This document shows positions 57,014 to 62,735 of a stretch of DNA of 62,735 bases, in pieces. Made by a program: the position numbers and the translations under genes. Numbering within the stretch: the first letter of the stretch is position 1; the number at the start of each line of letters is the position of its first letter. The stretch comes from a virus (lineage: Duplodnaviria > Caudoviricetes), in IMG/VR virus record IMGVR_UViG_3300002461_000940, positions 1 through 62,735 of that record; one strand, written 5' to 3'. Under the pieces are notes generated by a model. It saw only the letters and a program-made list of their open reading frames with translations. It did no database searches and was not told where the DNA came from.

Positions 57014-60000
57014 CTATGCCTTTCCGGGTTTGGCGCGAGCGGCGCGCTTCTCGGCCAACGTCAAGTGGTGATCGTTAATCCGGTCGCCCACCTTTCCGTC
57101 GTACTGCGGGCCAAGGTCGTACCAAGGGGCGGACGGCACATCACTGCCACGGTCCTTTTCCCAATGCAGGCTCTTTGGCTTGTCCCTTAAAACGCCAGCG
57201 CCCTTTTTTCCGACGTCGGGAACCGATAGGAAGGGACGAATGTTGATGCGCACTCCGTCGTTCAGATCGGGGTTCCAGCCGATAGGCTGCCCCTCTACCG
57301 GCTTCCAGCGCACGAAGATGTCGGAGGGCGATTCGCCCGTCAGGATCAGCTCCAGGCGTTTCTTCAACGCCTCTGCTGCTGCCAGCTTTTCCTGAGCGCC
57401 GTCCACGCCGCGTTCTGCGTCACGCCTCTGGCGTCCTAACCAATCTCCCAGATAGGTGAAGATCAAGGATTCGAGCGTCTTGTAGTCGAGCTTGTGGTAG
57501 TTCACCAGGGCTGCGAAGCCGTCGCGCAGACCGTCCCACACATGCCAGACAAATGGCCGGTTGCCAAATAGCGCGCTGTGCTGGGTGAAGAACTTATCGC
57601 GCAGCCAGGTTTCCAGTGACTTGCCAGAGTGATCGGCGGCCGCCAATAATTGGGCCAGGGTGTCGTTGCTCCAGGTATCACCGTAGGCCGCAGCAAGCAA
57701 ATTCAGCAGCCGGTCACTGGCCGACGACTCTCGCCCCACGGGCGGAATGCAGACGATTCCATCTTTGTCCGCATGACTGGAAAGCGACTTGCCGTGTGCA
57801 ATCCAGGCACGAGCTTCGCCGGACAGATCCATCTTGTTATCAGACTCGGCCGGCCATGTGTAGCCAAGCAGGCGAGCGACCGCAACTTGAAGGGGGTCTG
57901 CAGAGGCCTTCGGGTAGCCGTGAAAGAGCCACTGAGTGGGATCTGCAGAGTAAGGTTTTGGAAGGCCAGCAGGAAAATCACGAGCGGCAACTGACCTCCA
58001 GTGATTGACATCGAACGGCACCTTGATCAGCGTTGCATTCGTAACCTTTACCGATTGATCAAGCCGCCTTACTTCGTCGTGAAATTCCGGCGACGAACAG
58101 AAAGCCCAAAGCGCGGGTAAGTCCTTTTCATTGAGGGGCCATACAACCGCGCAGTTGTTGTCGAAGAAAGTGCCCTCGTACGAGGTCACAGGTAGCTTTC
58201 GCATCAAGCTTACGGTAACCCCTTTCTTACCCCAGGCATCGCCGCCTTGTAGGCTTGCAATGCCTTCACTGGCCAGTTCATGTAGTCCGCCCTCTCCATG
58301 CTCCCATAAGAGAATATTGCTCTTCCCGCCAAAGGGCTCATTCTTTAGAACCGTACTCTGATGGAAGCGCCAATCCCCATTGGCAAAGTCTGCAACTTCC
58401 CAAAAATACTTGATTAGTCGTTCGCCATCGCCTGTCCGCAGCCCGTACCGAGAATCGGCATACCGTCGGAGTTGCTCAAGACTGGAAATGTTTCCGAGAA
58501 CGATGCGAGCATCTGGATTCTTGAGTTGTCCTAGTTGATCCAGCAGCAGCAACGACGCAGTTCGAAGGCCTGTCGACTTTTCCGTAGGAGTCTTTGTGAT
58601 ACTCAGATCAATTGTCGGAATCGACTTACCGGCAAGTGGTTTGCCGGACGAAGCCGTAAATAGGATGACGAATGCTCCCGCTGCCTGGGGACTATCGAAA
58701 GCACCTTCGTTTAACCAAGCGAGAAGTTGCCATGACGTTTCACGAAGCAAAGCTTCTCTTTGCTTTTGGTACCTACTCAGGAACAACCAGTTCTGCGGCA
58801 TCACCACTTGTGCGGTGCCATGCCCGCCTGCAAGACTCAACTCCAAGCAGCGTTCAAGAAACACATTTGCCAAGTCGTGTTTTGCTCTGTCGTAATGTGT
58901 CTCACTGAAATCTCGGAGTGCATCGCTTTGATTTGCTCGCGAGAGATAGGGTACATTGGTAATAACAAGGTGGTAGCGTGCATCCAGCAAGCGCGCTGCC
59001 TCAAGTAGTCCTTGTGCACTCAATGCGAGTTCCCAACGATCGCTTTCTTCATTCGGCAGATTGGCCGTTCGTTCAGTGGCCAACGCCCGTCGCAACATGG
59101 CCGTCAAGGTCTCGTAGCTGGACGTAGTCAAGTCGTGTTTCAGGCTACGTGAGGGGTCCAACAAACTGCCCAACAGTGGCGCATCAGAAAAACAGGCGTG
59201 CAGTTGGCGCAACTCTTGGCGAACGTATTCGGCGTTGGGCGTCTCGTCGGGCACCAACGCTTCCCAGGCCTGTGCCTTGGCCGCCACCATCAGGCCGCAG
59301 CACGCGATATTTGGCGCGGGGATCTCCCGCACACCGAGCGGTTTGCCCGATGCATCCGGATAACGCCACGCTTCCAACGCCACCGCAAACACGGCGATCT
59401 CCACGCAGCGCTGGTCCAGTTCCAGGCCGTGGATGTTCTCAGCGAGGACGCGGTTAACCGCCTCCTTGGCGCTAAGGCCCTCCGCCGCCATGCGCATTGG
59501 CACCAGCATCAGAAAAGCGGCCACCAGGAAGTGACCCGAGCCGCAACACGGGTCGAGCAACTTGAAATCGGCCAGCGAGTCGGGCCAACCCGCGAACTTG
59601 CCTGCGGCCGGCGAGCCGTCTTGCAGGGTGCGGAAGTAGTCGAGCTTGACCGGGCATGACTTGCCTGGGTGCCGGGTAGCCCACCAGGCACCCAGCGAGT
59701 TGTGCAGCAAGAAGGCCACCATGTACGGCTCGGTGAAGAGCTGGGTGACCGCGGGCAACTCGTCAGCGCCGATCTTCACTTCCGACTTGTTGATGCGCTC
59801 CTTGTTGTCGGCCTGCCAGAACTGGTACACCCAGCCCAGGCTGTCGCTGGCCTTGAACACCGCATCGGACAGGTCCTTGAGCAGACGTTCCAGTTCGCTC
59901 TGGTGCTCGGGCGCAAAGGTCAGCTCGAACACCGGCGAACCGGGCTTGAACACCTGCGGCAGCATGCGGGCGGCCAGCTTGCCTGCCAGCTCCCAGCCGC

Positions 60001-60394
60001 TCTTGGCACCTTCGTCGGGGGCCAGCTCATCGCACTCTTCGATGGTGACGGCCACGCCGTCGTACATCAGCAAGTTGTTGTCGGCCAGGAAGCGCGCGAA
60101 CAGCATGCGGTGCCATTGCTGGTAGGCCACTTCTTGCACCAGGTGCTGCACCTCTTGCTTGCCATAGGTCGGGTTGGTGCTCTTGGAGTCACGGGCGTCA
60201 CCGAGTTGTTTGCCGTGGGTGCGCAGGCGGTTGCGCAGCGCCTTCTCGGCATCGCTCAAGAACGCTTCGGGCTTGTCGTGGCCGACGCCCAGTTGATCCA
60301 CGGCCGCGTACGCAGCCGTCTCAGCCACTGTGCGGGCCGCTTTGACGGTCTTCTCCAGCGCGCCGCGCAGGTCTTTGTCGAGTGCTTGCATCAT
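57014..60394 (-). CDS. pglX: BREX PglX adenine methyltransferase
   Basis: LGWVYQFW, TQLFTEPYMV, LDPCCGSGHFL, ITNVPY, DLNDGVRINIRPF. Confidence 0.92.
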   Translation of the reverse strand: MMQALDKDLRGALEKTVKAARTVAETAAYAAVDQLGVGHDKPEAFLSDAEKALRNRLRTHGKQLGDARDSKSTNPTYGKQEVQHLVQEVAYQQWHRMLFARFLADNNLLMYDGVAVTIEECDELAPDEGAKSGWELAGKLAARMLPQVFKPGSPVFELTFAPEHQSELERLLKDLSDAVFKASDSLGWVYQFWQADNKERINKSEVKIGADELPAVTQLFTEPYMVAFLLHNSLGAWWATRHPGKSCPVKLDYFRTLQDGSPAAGKFAGWPDSLADFKLLDPCCGSGHFLVAAFLMLVPMRMAAEGLSAKEAVNRVLAENIHGLELDQRCVEIAVFAVALEAWRYPDASGKPLGVREIPAPNIACCGLMVAAKAQAWEALVPDETPNAEYVRQELRQLHACFSDAPLLGSLLDPSRSLKHDLTTSSYETLTAMLRRALATERTANLPNEESDRWELALSAQGLLEAARLLDARYHLVITNVPYLSRANQSDALRDFSETHYDRAKHDLANVFLERCLELSLAGGHGTAQVVMPQNWLFLSRYQKQREALLRETSWQLLAWLNEGAFDSPQAAGAFVILFTASSGKPLAGKSIPTIDLSITKTPTEKSTGLRTASLLLLDQLGQLKNPDARIVLGNISSLEQLRRYADSRYGLRTGDGERLIKYFWEVADFANGDWRFHQSTVLKNEPFGGKSNILLWEHGEGGLHELASEGIASLQGGDAWGKKGVTVSLMRKLPVTSYEGTFFDNNCAVVWPLNEKDLPALWAFCSSPEFHDEVRRLDQSVKVTNATLIKVPFDVNHWRSVAARDFPAGLPKPYSADPTQWLFHGYPKASADPLQVAVARLLGYTWPAESDNKMDLSGEARAWIAHGKSLSSHADKDGIVCIPPVGRESSASDRLLNLLAAAYGDTWSNDTLAQLLAAADHSGKSLETWLRDKFFTQHSALFGNRPFVWHVWDGLRDGFAALVNYHKLDYKTLESLIFTYLGDWLGRQRRDAERGVDGAQEKLAAAEALKKRLELILTGESPSDIFVRWKPVEGQPIGWNPDLNDGVRINIRPFLSVPDVGKKGAGVLRDKPKSLHWEKDRGSDVPSAPWYDLGPQYDGKVGDRINDHHLTLAEKRAARAKPGKA

Positions 60395-60407
60395 GGGGAA
60401 TCAGGCC

Positions 60408-62639
60408 TCAGTGAAGGATGACTGGGCCTTTTTTCAGGGCCTGTGCGATGGTCTGCTTGGCATCCTGCAGCCAGGCCTCGATGTCTTCGTCGGTCTTGAT
60501 GGTGCGGTGAGGCAGCTTGACGAACTGCGCCTTGGGCTCCATCAACTCGGCGGCAGCCACCAGCACGGCGTCGAAGCGCGAGTCGATGGCGGCCACGCGG
60601 TCGGAGAACGACGACAGCGACAGGCGATCGACCGTGGCCAGCACCTCGTCGGTGTTGGCCACTTGCACCTTGGGTGCGTCGGTGAGGGTCAGTTTCTGGG
60701 CGGCCAGCAGGCTGTTGCGCTGCTCGGGCTCCAGCTGCTTCCAGTTGGTGTCGGCGTCCAGGCGCGCCATGCCGTTCTTGTGGCGGGTCTGGTAGTCGGC
60801 GTGCAGCCGGTTCAGTTCGTCGCGCAGCAACTGCGTCAGGCTGGCCACCAGGGGGGTGACAGGATCGGGCTCCTCCAACAACTGGCGCTGCTGTTCCAGG
60901 TGTGTGACTTGCGCCACCAAGACCTCAGCGCCCGACAGCCCGTTGGCCTGGGCCAGCAGGCGCTTCAGCGTGTTCCAGGCGGGCAGGCGCTTGTCGATGC
61001 GCTCGGCCAGATCCGTCCAGGTGTCGATCGCGGCGCTGAGTTCATCGCGCTGGTTGTACAGGGCCAGCAGCTGCTCGTTGCCTGCCGTCAGGCGGATTTC
61101 TTCCAGTGTGGTGGTCACGGGGCGTGCCGGACGCGGCGTGTCGCCCCCGGCACGGTTGGCCAGTTCTTGCGCGCTGACCAGGAACTGCGGCACGTGGGCC
61201 AGCTCTTCGCCTTGCTTGGCGGTGAGACCGACTTTTTGCAGCACCTTGCGGATCTGGATGCGCTGCGCGGCTGACACCGTGGCCGACTCGACCTTGAACA
61301 TGGTCTTGCCGATGACCTTGCGCTCCAGGTCCTTCGGGTCGATGGTCTGGCCCTTGTCGTCCTGGGCGCGGATCAGTCCTGCCACCAGCAGCACCTGCAA
61401 GCCACCGTCCACCGCGTCACCCGGCCAGCCGTAGGTGGCGCCTTCGAAGTGCTTGCGGATGTCGATGCCCTTCTTGCCGCCGGCAATGAACGCCAGGATG
61501 GCTTTGCACACAGCGTTCTTGGCGGGCTCACCGTCGTCGCCCACGCTCTTGAGGGCATCCGGTGCCCCCTTCTGGGCCTTCTCGTAGACCTTTGTCCAGC
61601 CGGCGTGGTCGGCGATGTGGAACTGCGGATAAAGCCGTTGCAGCGCGTTGGTCGCGGCTTCCAGCGTCATGTCCTGAAGGTTGTTGCCCAGGATCTCGTT
61701 GCCGCCGCCTTGGAAGACGCGGGCGCCCGAGAAGGCCTCTTGCAGCAGCTCGCGGATCTTGCCCTCAGCGGTCTGCTTGGTGGTCTCCATCGCCGAGCGG
61801 GCTTCGGTGCCCTCGGCGGTGTTCGGCACGCCGCGCTTGTCCAGCGTGGCGCTGGAAGCTTTGAAGTCGATCAGGTAGTGCCGCAGGTCATCGGCGGAAC
61901 GCTTGGGGATGAACACGAACACGGTGGGCGACTGGTTGCCAGCCTGGCGACCGTCGGCACGTACCGAGTTCTCGTCGATGCTCCAGCCATCGCGCACCCA
62001 GACGCAGACCTTCTCGGCGGCGTCGCTCGGCAACTGCGCATCGAACAACGGGAAGATGTCGCGCGTGACCTTGGACGTGCCTTGGGTCAGCGACAGCTTG
62101 CGCACCATCTCGCCGAACTTCTTGCGGATGCGATCGTCGCGCTCCGCATCCACCCGATGGGCTTCGTTGGCCAGGCTGTTGCGCTGACTGAGGAACTCGT
62201 CGTTCCAGGCGGCGCTTTCTTCGGTCTGGATGCGGTACTCGTCACCAACCTTCATCAGCAGTTCGCACTTGTCCAGGATGCCGGGCAACTTGCTGCGTAG
62301 GGCACTGGACCCCTGCGTCAGGTCTTCAACCAACAGGTCGGCCAGCGTGTCGAGCGTGGCGTGGATGCCGATCTCGTTGTTGCTGCTGGCGAGCTTGTTG
62401 ACCAAGAACACCAGGCCGCAGGCCCGCGCCATGAGGCGTTGGTCCTCGGTCCCCTTGATCCAAACCATGGTCCGCTCGTGAACCTTGCGCGGCAGGATGC
62501 GCGACTGCAGCAGCTTGTCGGCCGCATCGAAGTAGAGGTAATCCGCCGGTACGACGCTGCCGACAGGAGCGTCGACATTGGTCTGGATGACCTTGTGGAT
62601 CATCGAGAGCTGGTTGCGCAACTGGCTGTCGGTGCCTGT
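60408..62639 (-). CDS. brxC: BREX BrxC ATPase, C-terminal part only; 5' end missing or interrupted
   Basis: Long ORF directly upstream of pglX with BrxC-like C-terminus (ATYGWPGDAVDG, LPHRTIKTDEDIEAWL); no Walker A within the window. Confidence 0.8.
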   Translation of the reverse strand, partial: TGTDSQLRNQLSMIHKVIQTNVDAPVGSVVPADYLYFDAADKLLQSRILPRKVHERTMVWIKGTEDQRLMARACGLVFLVNKLASSNNEIGIHATLDTLADLLVEDLTQGSSALRSKLPGILDKCELLMKVGDEYRIQTEESAAWNDEFLSQRNSLANEAHRVDAERDDRIRKKFGEMVRKLSLTQGTSKVTRDIFPLFDAQLPSDAAEKVCVWVRDGWSIDENSVRADGRQAGNQSPTVFVFIPKRSADDLRHYLIDFKASSATLDKRGVPNTAEGTEARSAMETTKQTAEGKIRELLQEAFSGARVFQGGGNEILGNNLQDMTLEAATNALQRLYPQFHIADHAGWTKVYEKAQKGAPDALKSVGDDGEPAKNAVCKAILAFIAGGKKGIDIRKHFEGATYGWPGDAVDGGLQVLLVAGLIRAQDDKGQTIDPKDLERKVIGKTMFKVESATVSAAQRIQIRKVLQKVGLTAKQGEELAHVPQFLVSAQELANRAGGDTPRPARPVTTTLEEIRLTAGNEQLLALYNQRDELSAAIDTWTDLAERIDKRLPAWNTLKRLLAQANGLSGAEVLVAQVTHLEQQRQLLEEPDPVTPLVASLTQLLRDELNRLHADYQTRHKNGMARLDADTNWKQLEPEQRNSLLAAQKLTLTDAPKVQVANTDEVLATVDRLSLSSFSDRVAAIDSRFDAVLVAAAELMEPKAQFVKLPHRTIKTDEDIEAWLQDAKQTIAQALKKGPVILH

Positions 62640-62735
62640 CTCCTGAATCCGTGACGCTCCCTGGCTGACCAGCGGTACTGTTCTCCCAATTCGAGGCTTC
62701 CAGGCCCGAATTGCCGCTTGCGGCTGTCCAGCTGG

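Overview
High-GC window, probably betaproteobacterial (an impression from composition and gene content). It starts in the 3' end of ssrA (tmRNA), followed by an apparently complete temperate siphovirus-type prophage (about 0.1-48.9 kb). The prophage carries a large serine recombinase/DUF2924 integration module, an XRE + ImmA/IrrE switch, a replication/recombination operon, an iteron-rich putative origin, a lambda-like cos candidate, two ParB-methyltransferases, lambda-like head genes, a non-contractile tail with a -1 frameshift chaperone, and lysis genes. An oppositely oriented BREX defence locus follows (brxC-pglX-DUF932-like-GmrSD-like-pglZ-brxL-COG2958), with brxC apparently broken off at about 62,640. 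The most notable unexplained signals are: (i) five copies of a 32-bp motif, each 27-36 nt upstream of a small uncharacterised gene, suggesting a dedicated phage regulon; (ii) a structured 5' leader able to sequester the SD and start codon of a Sel1-like accessory gene; (iii) a structured non-coding element just downstream of ssrA; (iv) 14 GTTGGCA iterons inside an open frame fused to a RuvC-like domain; (v) unusual cargo in the BREX pglX-pglZ slot. All family calls come from motif recognition by eye, not database searches.
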